Below are positions 23,317 through 36,422 of a stretch of DNA of 64,000 nt, one piece after another. The first letter of the stretch is position 1; the number at the start of each line of letters is the position of its first letter. The DNA comes from Albugo candida (taxonomy: Eukaryota). The notes under the pieces are model-generated. The model had not been told where the DNA came from and did not search any database. It saw nothing but the letters and a program-made list of their open reading frames with translations. The position numbers and the translations under genes were made by a program. The stretch is from contig JBDOQK010000007.1 of assembly GCA_040437565.1 (NCBI GenBank), positions 496,001-560,000 of the forward strand. The letters are read 5' to 3'.

Positions 23317-26300
23317 TTACTCCAGCTCTTTTCGAATATTCAGTCCTCCTGCGACCATCCATTGTACCACATCATCGCATTCTCGTTCTGAGAAATAAGG
23401 TCGACAAACCGCAAGGCCATCCAGATACAACGCTCTACTCCATGGACAAACGGACAAACCTCGGTAAAACACCTTCTTCGCCGCACCAATTTTTCCCATT
23501 GCTACTTCGAAGCGCAAGTAAAGTCGCCAGAAGAGCGCACACTGCCGCATTTGATTGCCTTCGACCATTTCCTCGAACAGATTGCGCACCCGATCAACGC
23601 CTGCACGATTACATTTCCAGTGATGCCACAAGCAGCATGATTCGGTGAAGTCACGCTGATTAGAATGATCCACTGGGTAATTGTGTACATTCACAACCCG
23701 TTCGAGTCGCATGATCTCACATAATAGAAAAAATAACCATTCTGAGATTTTCAGTGACGAAAATTGCCGTTCTGCTCGTTGGTGTGCTTTGGCGAAAAAT
23801 CGACGCAGTGGTTGCGATACCACCAGTGATCGTCCGCCAACGCTATCCGCAAGCAATCGTAGATGAAGATCTTTTGGGTACTTTATTGCTGCATTGGCAA
23901 CTTGCTCACTCCAAGCATGTGGCGTCAAGGTCGGTGACGCTTGTGACGCTTGATGCCGCGATAGGAACTCCAAGTAGCTCAAGGTGATCCATTCATGATG
24001 ACAACATACGTTGAGTTCGGAAGATATTTCCTTAGTGTTGATATACTTTTCGTATTCCATTTTTGCAGCGCCGAAACCATCCGCAGCGTATATTGCAAGA
24101 CAGAGATTATGTAAAGTCTGACCGACAGAGCAGCACCGGCCCCACCACTGACATTGTGCGGTACCNNNNNNNNNNNNNNNNNNNNNNNNNNNNNNNNNNN
24201 NNNNNNNNNNNNNNNNNNNNNNNNNNNNNNNNNNNNNNNNNNNNNNNNNNNNNNNNNNNNNNNNNTCGAACAGATTGCGCACCCGATCAACGCCTGCACG
24301 ATTACATTTCCAGTGATGCCACAAGCAGCATGATTCGGTGAAGTCACGCTGATTAGAATGATCCACTGGGTAATTGTGTACATTCACAACCCGTTCGAGT
24401 CGCATGATCTCACATAATAGAAAAAATAACCATTCTGAGATTTTCAGTGACGAAAATTGCCGTTCTGCTCGTTGGTGTGCTTTGGCGAAAAATCGACGCA
24501 GTGGTTGCGATACCACCAGTGATCGTCCGCCAACGCTATCCGCAAGCAATCGTAGATGAAGATCTTTTGGGTACTTTATTGCTGCATTGGCAACTTGCTC
24601 ACTCCAAGCATGTGGCGTCAAGGTCGGTGACGCTTGTGACGCTTGATGCCGCGATAGGAACTCCAAGTAGCTCAAGGTGATCCATTCATGATGACAACAT
24701 ACGTTGAGTTCGGAAGATATTTCCTTAGTGTTGATATACTTTTCGTATTCCATTTTTGCAGCGCCGAAACCATCCGCAGCGTATATTGCAAGACAGAGAT
24801 TATGTAAAGTCTGACCGACAGAGCAGCACCGGCCCCACCACTGACATTGTGCGGTACCGGACTGGTGCTTTGTACATGCACATAATGCAGTGTCGACTTC
24901 AGATCGATATGAATCGATAATCAGCGAAGTTATACAATCACTCAATATAGAGTCTAGGTATTGTACAAGTTCATTTCCTTTCTTTGCTGCGACTTTTTCT
25001 AAAGACTCGAGAAATGGCGGTGCATTGATAAGTCCAAATCCGAGAATGTATAATGTTTTCAGCCGAGACGATTTCAATTGTTCAGGTGCATGCGATCGCA
25101 ATATAGGCCGCCATAGCTCATTTCGTGAGCGCAAGAAAATCAGAAAATGGAAATTTTTCGNNNNNNNNNNNNNNNNNNNNNNNNNNNNNNNNNNNNNNNN
25201 NNNNNNNNNNNNNNNNNNNNNNNNNNNNNNNNNNNNNNNNNNNNNNNNNNNNNNNNNNNNTTTTTCTAAAGACTCGAGAAATGGCGGTGCATTGATAAGT
25301 CCAAATCCGAGAATGTATAATGTTTTCAGCCGAGACGATTTCAATTGTTCAGGTGCATGCGATCGCAATATAGGCCGCCATAGCTCATTTCGTGAGCGCA
25401 AGAAAATCAGAAAATGGAAATTTTTCGGGTACGAAGAGTTCTGTCTTGCTCGGTCCCGGATGCTTGCTAAGGATCGATCGCATAATTTATTTGCTTGCTT
25501 GATATTCCCCACACTAATTGCATATAAAGCAAATGCTGTTATCCCCACAACCTCTGCATCATGTGTCTTGTGAGCAGTGTTTTGCGCGGAAGACAAAATG
25601 ATATCGTACTTTGACATAAGCTGTAGACATCGAGTCTGTTGATCTTGGATAAAACTCGAAACTTCCTCTTTGCACCGATTATGATCTTCTTGAACCACAC
25701 GCGCGATCAGAACTTCAAATTCAAAGTACATCGTCAATAATTTCATATACGTAAATTGCGAGTACTCTGCTCCTTCGTCAAAAGGCGACATCAAAATGCT
25801 GCGAACAAATTCCTGCTTCATGTCGTCGTATAAGACGGTAGAGTCTGTGATGACTATTGTCGATGAAAGGCTATCCTGTAGAAGTGTAAGTCGATTTTCA
25901 AGGGGTATTTCCATTCGTAAACGTTCCTTTTCGTTCTCAATTTGAGTCAAAATGGAGAGCAGTGGTTGAGCGAGCACTTCATATTCTTTGAAATCGTCGA
26001 TATACAGGGTTGGAAGCACCAAATTCTTGTCTTTCACTCCGCATTGTTCCAGTAAATTCGTGATTAGCTTGATTTGCTGATCATCTGCCACTGGAAACAC
26101 GAATGGATGAGTTTCTTCGCTCAAAATTGCGCGCTCTGGTTGCTCACTGAGCAAAGCTTTGTGACCAGCATGATTGGGGTTCAAAGGCATCCAATGACAC
26201 GTGCTTCGGATGAATTCCTGGTGAAGCCAGTCAAAGTAAATGTCTTCCTCTAACATCTTATATGATTTCAGATGATCAATACGTTCATCTCGTAAACGTT

Positions 26301-28092
26301 CAATCATATTTTCCTTTGTTGATTGTGCCCGTCGTTGTTTTCGCCCCGTACTATGTTGTCCGTTTGTCTTGCATAAACCATTTCGTAGTTCATGGAGAAT
26401 ACTCTCATATTCTCCGCCATCATTCACTTTTCCCAGTTGTATCCGATACCCATGTAAATTACTGTAGACAGTCTGATCCTCGCTACTAACGGGAGCTGTA
26501 TCGCCAGTATGTTTTGCTGGTTTGTCGCATAGCACTGGTTCGATACTATCATGAGAGTGGCATAAAGAATCTTCCAGCATACTTTGTTCGTGATTTTTTG
26601 TCAACACGGCGGCGTGCGGTATGATTTCTGCTTTAAGTGTGCTCCATTGGCGATCTAAGTGATCGTTTAAAGCACCAGCAAAAGTGTGTGGTGGTTTCAA
26701 CGAAGTCGGGAATGAGTAGAATCTCACTTCAGAGACTTCAGATCGCGATGTTTGATCTTCTCCTTGCAATTGATCTGACTTCCAGTATTGCGTATGGAAT
26801 TCTCTCCACAGCGATAAATGACTGTCATTACTTGCTGTAGGCTGGTGCTTCCTTCTATTTGACAAGTATTTATTGTAGTCCATGAGTGTCTTTGCATTGG
26901 CAATAGCTCTCTCGGTATATCCGGCTTTTCTTTCAAACCTGCAATATAGACAATGAAAACGTAATAGCTTGTCAATATTGGACTCATTGGACTCTGTATC
27001 GATCGCATCGGGTTGGAGACTAGTGGTTGAGGTCGGATGTGACACCTTGGTGCGATACGTGGCGATCAGACGAGCAAAAGTATCACGAATAGCAGAAACA
27101 GTAAAATCACTAAAGTTTTGCTGCTGACACTGTATCAGCCGACGCCAAAGATATTCGCTTGATGGATATAAAATGAGCAACTCTTCAATTCTTCTCTGTA
27201 GTGATTCTTGCCCACAAGAACCAGTCGAGTCTTTACTTTCGATTTCTGCTAGATACAGGTCGAGTTGAAGCCACAGCCTTTTTAAAACCTTTGAATCCTT
27301 GTTATGCGCAAGAGCTTTTTTGGCGTAAAAGCTTTGCGCGGACACCAAAGAGGTCGATTTATTTCGTCTCACACTCCGATGTAACGACTCAGAACCGTCA
27401 GAATGATGCTTCTTGCTTTGAAAACATATATAATCCACCCACGTCTCGATGTCGTTTGGATTTTGCTGTAATTGAATATCAAACACTTCTTTTCTTTGTT
27501 TCAAATAATTTTCCGTATCTTTCACCTCATTTCTGAAAGATATAGCTGATCTTGAATTTAAGGGAATGAAGGAAACCAAGTCTAGATCATGTTCGGAAGA
27601 AATGCTTCGGTCAACGTAGCAATCGTCATCCAAATTGACCGTCGCTTCTGTTCCTTGCTTGTCGTAATAGCGAATGATGGGTACGTTTTCTCTCAAATTA
27701 CTTCTTTTATTAAGATAGTACATTGGAGCATCCTTTTTGGAAAGAGTGCCGTAAAACAGATTTTCATCGTCTCCTATAGTATCAACAGTATGATATAGAC
27801 TGCTATCTCTGTGTAGCGTTTTCGTTGCATGTGAATGATATGAAAGCTTATCGAGACTTGAGCGACTTTCTTTCTGCTTTCGTTGACGCCGAAGACGCTT
27901 GTGATCTCTCTTATCTTTTTTCTTGGATTTCGTTTTTGATTGTTCTTTTCGTTTGCGAACCAATAACAAAGTACCTGCATCACCTCCATTGTCTTCGTCG
28001 TTACAGCTATGTACACCATTGTCAGCTAAATTATCAAAAGATGATCCAATAGTGAGCCAGTCATCATCGCTGCCCACAGAGTGCGATCCCAT
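23317..28092 (-). CDS. NRDE2: NRDE2-like nuclear exosome/RNAi factor (HAT repeats)
   Basis: QNPNDIETWVDYI, LWRRLI..QQNFSDFTVSAIR, FERKAGYTERAI and C-terminal WRLYLRFE...KKVFYRGLSVCPWSRALYLD; true length ~1270 aa after removing two gap-flank duplications. Confidence 0.85.
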   Translation of the reverse strand: MGSHSVGSDDDWLTIGSSFDNLADNGVHSCNDEDNGGDAGTLLLVRKRKEQSKTKSKKKDKRDHKRLRRQRKQKESRSSLDKLSYHSHATKTLHRDSSLYHTVDTIGDDENLFYGTLSKKDAPMYYLNKRSNLRENVPIIRYYDKQGTEATVNLDDDCYVDRSISSEHDLDLVSFIPLNSRSAISFRNEVKDTENYLKQRKEVFDIQLQQNPNDIETWVDYICFQSKKHHSDGSESLHRSVRRNKSTSLVSAQSFYAKKALAHNKDSKVLKRLWLQLDLYLAEIESKDSTGSCGQESLQRRIEELLILYPSSEYLWRRLIQCQQQNFSDFTVSAIRDTFARLIATYRTKVSHPTSTTSLQPDAIDTESNESNIDKLLRFHCLYCRFERKAGYTERAIANAKTLMDYNKYLSNRRKHQPTASNDSHLSLWREFHTQYWKSDQLQGEDQTSRSEVSEVRFYSFPTSLKPPHTFAGALNDHLDRQWSTLKAEIIPHAAVLTKNHEQSMLEDSLCHSHDSIEPVLCDKPAKHTGDTAPVSSEDQTVYSNLHGYRIQLGKVNDGGEYESILHELRNGLCKTNGQHSTGRKQRRAQSTKENMIERLRDERIDHLKSYKMLEEDIYFDWLHQEFIRSTCHWMPLNPNHAGHKALLSEQPERAILSEETHPFVFPVADDQQIKLITNLLEQCGVKDKNLVLPTLYIDDFKEYEVLAQPLLSILTQIENEKERLRMEIPLENRLTLLQDSLSSTIVITDSTVLYDDMKQEFVRSILMSPFDEGAEYSQFTYMKLLTMYFEFEVLIARVVQEDHNRCKEEVSSFIQDQQTRCLQLMSKYDIILSSAQNTAHKTHDAEVVGITAFALYAISVGNIKQANKLCDRSLASIRDRARQNSSYPKNFHFLIFLRSRNELWRPILRSHAPEQLKSSRLKTLYILGFGLINAPPFLESLEKXXXXXXXXXXXXXXXXXXXXXXXXXXXXXXXXXXKNFHFLIFLRSRNELWRPILRSHAPEQLKSSRLKTLYILGFGLINAPPFLESLEKVAAKKGNELVQYLDSILSDCITSLIIDSYRSEVDTALCACTKHQSGTAQCQWWGRCCSVGQTLHNLCLAIYAADGFGAAKMEYEKYINTKEISSELNVCCHHEWITLSYLEFLSRHQASQASPTLTPHAWSEQVANAAIKYPKDLHLRLLADSVGGRSLVVSQPLRRFFAKAHQRAERQFSSLKISEWLFFLLCEIMRLERVVNVHNYPVDHSNQRDFTESCCLWHHWKCNRAGVDRVRNLFXXXXXXXXXXXXXXXXXXXXXXXXXXXXXXXXXXGTAQCQWWGRCCSVGQTLHNLCLAIYAADGFGAAKMEYEKYINTKEISSELNVCCHHEWITLSYLEFLSRHQASQASPTLTPHAWSEQVANAAIKYPKDLHLRLLADSVGGRSLVVSQPLRRFFAKAHQRAERQFSSLKISEWLFFLLCEIMRLERVVNVHNYPVDHSNQRDFTESCCLWHHWKCNRAGVDRVRNLFEEMVEGNQMRQCALFWRLYLRFEVAMGKIGAAKKVFYRGLSVCPWSRALYLDGLAVCRPYFSERECDDVVQWMVAGGLNIRKELE

Positions 28093-28186
28093 TTGTGCTA
28101 ATTAACACTTTGCGATGAAAATGTCATTGAGCAGGAGAGTCTTGCCAGTTTAGTGTTCAACATTAATTAGTATGAATTCATGTTGT

Positions 28187-29489
28187 CTATGGTATCTCGC
28201 TTTCTTGATCGAAATACAAAACTATCACCGAGATATCATCGTGATGGCGTCTCCGGACGGGACCAGGTGGCAAACCAAGTATTGATGAAATGGAAGTATC
28301 CTTTCGCGTTGCGGCTTTTTGAAGAACATTCTCCACAAGTGCACGAGCCGCATGATCTGATTTGTTTTCAATAACCATTTTCTCCACAATACTGACCGCT
28401 TCGTCATTATCAACGTGATCCCAGAGACCGTCGGAAGCAATAATTACGAAAGCATCTTGTTTAGTCAAAAGGTGCGTGGTCACTTCCGGCTTGGAAGTTA
28501 TATAAGGCGGTGTGTATGGAGGCGGAATATGTCGACCTGCTGAACGATCTCCGTTGACATATGGCGGTCCATTGAATTCAGATAATTTGAGAGTAAAGTC
28601 ACCAAACGCCCTAATCAGAATTTGATTGTCATTTCATGTGGTAAGAATCCCGCATAGCTTACCGGGTGGGCTGCAAAGCTCCCTTGACATAGCAAGAGTC
28701 GGAGCGCCGACACTTGTAAACATTGGCCTCTCCTGGGTGTTCACGCCTAAGCTTTTCCTGCTCATTTGCTGACATTGCATTGTGATCGTTGCTTAACGCT
28801 ATCGCTGTAAGAGCTGGTGTACCTCCATTCTCCTTGCGACTACCCAAAACACAACGTGTATCACCAGCTGCAGTGGTGTTAGTTCTGTTTGATTGGTGTG
28901 TATATGGTACCAACTCACCATTTGCCACGCTTAATACATTATCATGAATGTAGACAAGTAAGGCGCACGCACCGCAACGACCAACAGCGCCGAAACCAAG
29001 ATTGAAGGCTGGTTGCACCTGAGCTGCCAAGTCACGATCGAGTTGTACGAATGCATCCTGCAACATTTCAGATATATTTTTTTGCGATCCCAATAACGGA
29101 TCGCATGTTGTAGCATTTTGATTTACTCTTTGCCGAACACTTTCAATTAGTTGTCTGTGAAGATAATTAGACACTTGCCAGCCACCATGCCCATCGAAGA
29201 CACCAGCGAATAAATCTCCATTCGAATACGATTTGACTATACTTCTGTCTTCGATAGGAGAATTGGCTCGGTAGGCGGCACGGGAATACATCTTGACGGA
29301 AGGGTTTGTATCAATTACTCCAAACTCTTCAGCATCCAGAATAATTGTAGGTTTCTCGATTGAAAATGTAGATTCAGCTTCTATCACTTTGCCAATTTCT
29401 TCATGTGCTTCACAATTGCTCGACAACAATATCGCCGATGATGCTGCTGCAAGTAGAGGTATTCCTAAGCGAATATAGGAATACGACAT
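28187..29489 (-). CDS. Protein phosphatase 2C (PP2C-D/PDP-like), multi-exon
   Basis: ANSPIEDR, GVFDGHGG, VAN-GD.R, GALQPTR-AFGD, ASDGLWD and HDDISVIV motifs; introns near 28612-28660 and 28870-28918. Confidence 0.92.
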
Positions 29490-31169
29490 ATATGTCGAGA
29501 GTGGCGTCGCGAAAAGCTTGCGAGACTGTTAAAAAAGTCAAAAGTGGCATCATGTTATTGATCATATCGTTCTCACCTGGATTGAGCTCTGCTTGAACCA
29601 GAAGCGAGTTACTCGCCTAAGACGCTGCATTATTTTGTTAGAAGTATATCGGTTAAATTGTGGCTGACATCGTGTTCGGTATCTTTTGTAGTAATAATTC
29701 TCCAAAATTGGTACGCTGTTGTCTCTCGTGACCGAAGCTTCGAAGGTCGGACTTTCATTCCACCCTGACGATAAGAGTATATTGGTGTCGTTCCTGCTTC
29801 TTGCGTGAGAAATTATGGATATCTCTTTCTATCCTTAAATTTGGGTAATGATGTCGTCGTTATAAAAGACATTGTGTCAGCTTTATCGTGAAGAAGAACA
29901 GCTATTTAGCAACGAGAGAGCGAGTGTTTTATCAATCTGATGTTCAACGTTGAAAAATTCCACAACAGTTCATGCTGTCTCGAATGGTTCTTTTATAATG
30001 CAAATATCAGGCTCAAGACTCCCAGCGCTTTGTGCTCTTTTGATGGACATTTGCCACAAGTGCACTAGCTGCACTGCTCAATTTGATCTCGTGAACTATG
30101 TTCTGCACAGTACTTGATGTTGACGAGATCTCAGAGGCCGTCAAAAGCAAGGTACTTGGTGAGAAGCTGTTACCTAATTCCGGGTCTAGAGTTGGCGTGT
30201 ATCGTGATCAAATGTGTCGACCTATCAAACGATATCCATTAACATCCGGCATTTTACTGAGTTTAAGACATGTTCATAATGACTGAAAGTAAGCGGCCCC
30301 ATGTAGCTTATATATTGTGCTGCAGAGCTTTCCTTCCGCAGTAGAAGTCGAGGTTGAAGAGCAACAGCTGAAGGGACTCTGTCCACCTTGCGACTACTGA
30401 AAGTACAACATATACCACTAGCTGGAATGATGCCAGCTATGTTCATTGTTGATATCTGGTATCAACTCATCATTTGCCACGCGTAGACGAAGGATATGAA
30501 GATATACTAGTAAGGCGCACGAGAATTCCACTAAAGACTGCGTTCAGCTTCTTGAGAATATCATTGGCTTTGTAAGCCTTTTGTCTCACCGATACAATTG
30601 CTCATACAGCGTGGGTAACGCGCCCTTCTACACAAGAGGACTTCTCTGATGTCAATAAACTTTGGTGTGAAATTTTGTGTCAATATGCAATGTTTGTTTG
30701 AATAGGAGCGACCCACAAGCTTGACTATTAAGCTCAGCAACTGCGATATGTTGAAAGCCTAAAATGCACTCGAATGATCGTCCGCGTTAAATAATCAGAC
30801 ACAGAAAGCCTGTCAACTTCCTCAAACTTTGCCGAATATCGGGTTGAGTATCATGGGAATTCAACATACTAAGCTTATACTCGTCGTGCTAGCTAGGTAG
30901 ACGATCGGGACTTCAACATGGGTTAATACGGCTTTTGGGCCATCTTGGTCAGGTAAAAGCTCGTTGCTCAATATTCCGCAAACATAGAGGCAAAAGACCG
31001 AACAGAAATTTATCATTCACAGTAGAGGACACGTCATACAGAAAATATTCAAATTACACGTCCCCGACGTGGCTCGAATAATGTGTTTAAGCTCATGGTA
31101 CAAAAATAAAGATTTGACGTTACTTTATTACTCTGAAAGCTACATTACAGCTGTTTGCTGACCCTGTAA

Positions 31170-33676
31170 ATGAAGCCGGAACATTCAGTATATAGCAGCG
31201 CGGCCGAAATTTCTCATTACGGTCTAATTGCATTCGCAAGTGTGGTTTTCGATATTAATTCTGGACAGATTCTGGAATATTTGTATCCACCAAATGCGCC
31301 GTATATTTTTGACGAAGCAAAAAAAAGCCTAGCTCAGCTTGCTCTTCCACATGATAACACACAGAAAGAAGGTGATTCACAGTTTATCATTCGTTTTCGT
31401 GCAGATACAGTGGATCACAGCGAGAAGTGAGCGAGCTTTGATGGCAGTTTCCTTTAAGGCTGTAGCTTACAGTCGTTTCTAGACAATTACCGGAGCCACA
31501 ATTTTTACTTGGGTTCGTTCTTTTTCGTCGTCGTCGTGATCAGAAGAAACTACGAGGATATACACAACGTTCCTTTGTCATTATTGCAAACAAGCCCTAC
31601 CTGGATTTATATCAGCGTATTCAGCAAGTTGTCGGCCCTACTTTTTTTCAATGCGGCCCAAGAGCCTTCGTATCGCCTTATCATGAAATAATGAAATGGT
31701 ATGTCTCTGTGTCGCGCGTAGCTATGCATGATATTTGATTATTACACAGGGACAAGCCTTTGCTTAATCGGGCCACTCTTTTTACCTTGACATCGACGAA
31801 ATTTTCCTGTGTGATACCGAGGATTTATGATTACCTTTCTACAGGTCCAGTACAAGAAAATATTCACAATCACTCCAACACGAGCGCACATATTCTATCC
31901 GACGATGAGGAGGGTCAATGGGTCTTAATCGATAGCACTGGTGAAGAAGATACGTCTGTGTTGCTACAAAAGAACGATAGTATGCTGTTGGAAGAGCTTG
32001 AAAGGATAGAGAAAGACTTTGAGGGTACGGATAGCGATCTTTCTCCAACTGATTTTCTCGTCATCGACGAAAGCCCATGCTCTTCATCTCCCTCGCTTTC
32101 GGATCTTATGATTATGAGAGGCTCCCAAGAATACACAGATTTTGAGGTTGCATCCCGAGAAGATCTGGAGGAAAGAAGCTGAAGGGTTGCATTCCAGGTC
32201 ATAGGGCTGTTTTCGAGTTTTCGAGGCTGCGAGCAACAGCTCTGGCTTTTGTGGCAATTTGCCATCACTGGTCAGAGGTTGCTCATTCTAGCACCGCATG
32301 CTCGGAAGGCTAGTCACGCTACGTTGGCTTTCACAAGGTAAGTCAAGATGTGGGAGTCGCGGTTGTGTGACCTTGCTTTATTGCGCAGTCTGATAGCGCC
32401 AGTACAGTTCCAAGAAGACTTCCGACCATTATACTCTATATATGAGGCTGATTTTGAGGTGATTATTGACAACCATTAATCTCACTTTTATATGATCGTA
32501 TTCTTCATAGAGAGCAGCACAACAGAACAGCAATACTGATCCTCGTCGCACTCGGTCTCCAAGCGTAGTTGGTACCACAAGTCCGTTTTTTATCAAGGTA
32601 CGGTCTCCAATTATTCCGTAAGTAGCTGATTAGCTAATTCCTTGACATTTGTAGGCTTTCAAGGACTGGCCTGCTGCTCTGATATTTCCTACGTCCGAGC
32701 CTTCATCCATCGGTAAAGTATCTTGTACACCCTACTTTTTAGCGCTTAACCATCGTACTTGTATTGTCTGTAGGTTCTGCAGTATCGGTACGATTAAAAG
32801 CTCATACGCACCTCGATGATCTCCAAGAGGCTGATGAAATCACGGTTCCGTCTCGTTTTGATGCTTATCTGGCTCAACTAGTGTGCTGACTTGTGCTGAG
32901 TTGATCCCAAGCTCGTACGACGATGCTCTCGTCTAGTGCTTCCAGATACATCAATACTTCGACAGTTAGTACGACCTTCGAAATCAATATTCTCGCAGCA
33001 TTTTTACACCCCGCAGGATTCGGATGAAATCATCAACAACGCCATACTTCGCAAGGTAATGCATGTCATATTGGGGGATTTGTATCGCTCAATTATGTCA
33101 ACTTTTGTGCAGCACTTTCGCCAATTAACGGAGAATTTCTTGCGTCCCTTTGAGCAGTACTTTGGTATCTGGAAGGCGAAACGAGTCACATCTGTCTGCT
33201 TGTATCAGAATATTGAAGATTGTATGAAGCCTTTCGACAAGGCGGTAGACTGACAAGATTCTGATGGTGGTGAATTTTTAATTTTTTTCCCTATATAGAG
33301 TTTCATCCAGACAATTGATCCACTGACATTGCCGACGTGCATTCGTCGAAATAAATGGAAGCAGCTGTATTCACAATTTATCGACTCTCCTCACTTTCAA
33401 CCGTGGTTTACATACCGTCGCCAACTCTGTATCCGTCACTTTGATTCAATCATGCGTGCTCTCCGTGGTAAAATTGACCAGGAAGCTTTGACTCGAACTC
33501 CATGCGGCAAGCATCAAGACCTAAAATCCTGTGCGGAACTGTACAGTGAAATACAAGAAGCATTGGGTAAAGAAGAATCTCGCCAGGAGCGCGATGAAGA
33601 GCAGTTAGCTACTATTCAGAATCACTTGCAAATCATCGGTGATCAATTGGATTATCTGAAGGATAATAAACTGTAG
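31170..33676 (+). CDS. DENND6: DENND6/FAM116-like Rab GEF (multi-exon)
   Basis: VVFDINSGQILEYLYP, GFVFFRRRRD..LRGYTQRS, LWQFAITGQRLLILAP, DFRPLYSIYEADF, NNAILRKHFRQLTENFLRPF, LYSQFIDSPHFQPW. Confidence 0.85.
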
Positions 33677-34303
33677 TGAGAAGTGTATGTGATGAATTGT
33701 AAGCCAATGATAATCCATTATATCTCAATTCCGCGAATGATATCTCACTAATCTGACTGGTGAAAAGAATAATGNNNNNNNNNNNNNNNNNNNNNNNNNN
33801 NNNNNNNNNNNNNNNNNNNNNNNNNNNNNNNNNNNNNNNNNNNNNNNNNNNNNNNNNNNNNNNNNNNNNNNNNNTATCTCACTAATCTGACTGGTGAAAA
33901 GAATAATGTCAGCGAAAAACTGGAAGAGCGTTCAATCTATGGCAGTAAGTATCGCCAAGCCGGTAGTCCACTGGGGATTCATCCCGCTAATTATCTACAT
34001 TGGAATGCGTCAAGATCCAACCCTCACGTACGAATAAACCCTCTCCATACTTTTGATAAATGCGTTATAAATGTTGTGTAGATTATGGCAAGTTATTTGT
34101 CCACTTGCAACTCGTAATGATCCTCCAGCACAACTACAGTGATTGTATAAGAATATATTTGATAATTTACGTCAATTACATTCGACATTGTAAAAGAGTG
34201 GCTAGTGTCTGATCACTTGATGGATGGCTATTTGCCGCACAAAGTCTTCATTCACTATATTAGATTCTCCACTGTCGGCACGTCGATTCTATATAGGAAT
34301 CGG

Positions 34304-36229
34304 TCAATGACTATCTTGAGATTCGTGGTGCATAGATGCGTTTGGTAGAGAAATGCAGCAACACTCTTGTCGACTAATAGCAATTAAGGACGAATTCTTG
34401 GGGTTCCACCGTAATCCGAGCGCTCTAAAATTGTCTGTTTGTAGAGATCATGTGAGATGATTCGATTTGAAGACAATGTAGCGGACTGACCAAAGGGAAT
34501 GTCGATCCAAGAAATAGCGCTATCCGCAGACCATAAGTAGACGCGACGTCCACCAGTCACAATTGCAAGTGTTGTAAGTTCAGTATGCCATTGAAATGAT
34601 CTGACAGGCTGCAGCAAAGCTAGGCAAAAGATGAGCCTGTGCATTGGTAAATTGTGAATTTCTTACTCAACACTATGGCAAGGGTTACGTCCGGCACATT
34701 CCATATCCAAATGTTATGTGGCATGAGCTCGCTTTTTGTTGCAATATATCGAGAGTCAGCACTCCAAATGGCACGCTGAATTCCCATGAGAGGGATCTCA
34801 ATGCTAAAATCACGTTCGTTAAACATCATTGTTGTATGCGAAAGAGGAACGCACGCGGGATCGGACGCGACGACCATAACCGAAAAAGGTGGTTTTCTGG
34901 TAACAAAACATATATCTGGTTGCCGGCCAGTCATGTTACTATCACGAATTGCTTGTGCGGCACTTGATGCCGCAAGCATAGCTGCTGTTGATAGAAGCGT
35001 CGTTGAATGTTCCGTTTTTCCTGTCGACTTTGTGATCGTGACACGTCGACCCTGTGGACGATCTAAAACCTTTTGGTGCATGTATTGTTCTTCAAACTCA
35101 ACGGCGTGCTTTGTGCATCGATTGAGTTGTGTTGCAATCACATCATGAGCGATATCCGCAACAGGCTGCCAAGTCAGGGAATTGAGGATGCGCAGATGGT
35201 CATCATAGCTACCCAGAGCAATAAAGTCACCACCAGGTGACCATGACATCGTGCGTAACCCCAATGCATCTTTGTAGGCCTCATATTTTGATAGTAATGT
35301 ACCCTCAGCTGTGTAGAACAAAACTCGATATTCAAGTGTGTTGTCAGCGATCGCTATAGCACTGCACCATTTCAACGATTTAGAAAGCGGTATCGGATTA
35401 CCGATCTCATGCATTTGTGTACCAATTGTCTGGAGCCCAATTCACTTGCACACAATCGTAGCTCTCCAGTGCAAAGTGTGAATGCAGTTCCCACTTTTCG
35501 CTATCGTATATCCCCAAGTAGTCCTGATAGGAATACACCACATATGTGACATCATAAAGCCATGCTGTGAACAAGCTTACCTTGCAGTGCGATCGCTCAA
35601 TGACCGCAAGCAATTTCCCATCTGGACTCGACGCAAAGCCGTCACTGGCAGATAATTTGGGATGGCGAATCACTTTTTTTGACCTGTCTCGAAGAGACCA
35701 CAAAGTCGCGTATAATTGAAAGTCCGACACTGTGAGAACATGAATTGAATCGGGAAGCCAAATGAAGGATGTCTGGCATCGATGTTAGACAGCGAATGAT
35801 ACATCTGATGCAGCAATTATCCCACCAGACCCGCGATGCCTTCACTAATTTTGCATGTCCAGGAGGGATCCTTTATTGACCATAACTACAGTGCATCCAC
35901 ATAATCAGTATTGCAAACGGGGATGGAGTTGAAAGCCACGTAAGAACCTGTAAGATTCCGCGTTTAAACGATGCTGCAGCTATCAGTACAGAGTTTGTAG
36001 ACCACGCGATAGACTAAATTCGGTTTATCCTATGAGTAAGACGTAAATGATAGCTTAGTTTTACCTGAATGACGTCATTAGCTGTGTATTGTTGGATTAT
36101 TTGCAAAGTTTGTTCGTCACGAACACACAAGCAGTTCTCTGACGCAATTGCAACGTAGCTACCGCAAAAAGACCATTGTACTAAAGCACGATCTACTTTT
36201 ATCGTGGCTGATATCTCTAGTTTTTCCAT
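34304..36229 (-). CDS. WRAP73: WD40 protein WRAP73/WDR8 (multi-exon)
   Basis: VRDEQTLQIIQQY, SDFQLYATLWSL, YEAYKDALGLRTMSWSPGGDFIALGSYD, MPHNIWIW, PVRSFQW are typical of WDR8. Confidence 0.85.
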
Positions 36230-36422
36230 ATCTAATCCATTTTTAAGAACGGAACACTGTTGACTTGCATTGGACCCATCCATTCCGTAGCATTGACTTG
36301 AGAGCAATGATTGAGTTGATTGATGATGGGATTGGTCATTTCTCTGCTTGCACGCCTATTATCGTTCAATCCGATAGCAGTTCTTCAACGCTCTAGTGTC
36401 CTCGAATCTGCTCCACAGCCTG

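Noticed and set aside
23573-25428. Apparent internal domain repeats in NRDE2 (593 bp and 167 bp)
   Set aside because: Each is an identical overlap on both sides of a 100-N gap (offsets 693 and 267, in frame by coincidence); a scaffolding artefact
19039-28092. Functional link between the hairpin and the nearby RNAi factor NRDE2
   Set aside because: Proximity only (4 kb, with an unrelated gene between); no shared sequence seen
33741-33908. 34-bp direct repeat
   Set aside because: Identical flanks of the gap at 33775-33874
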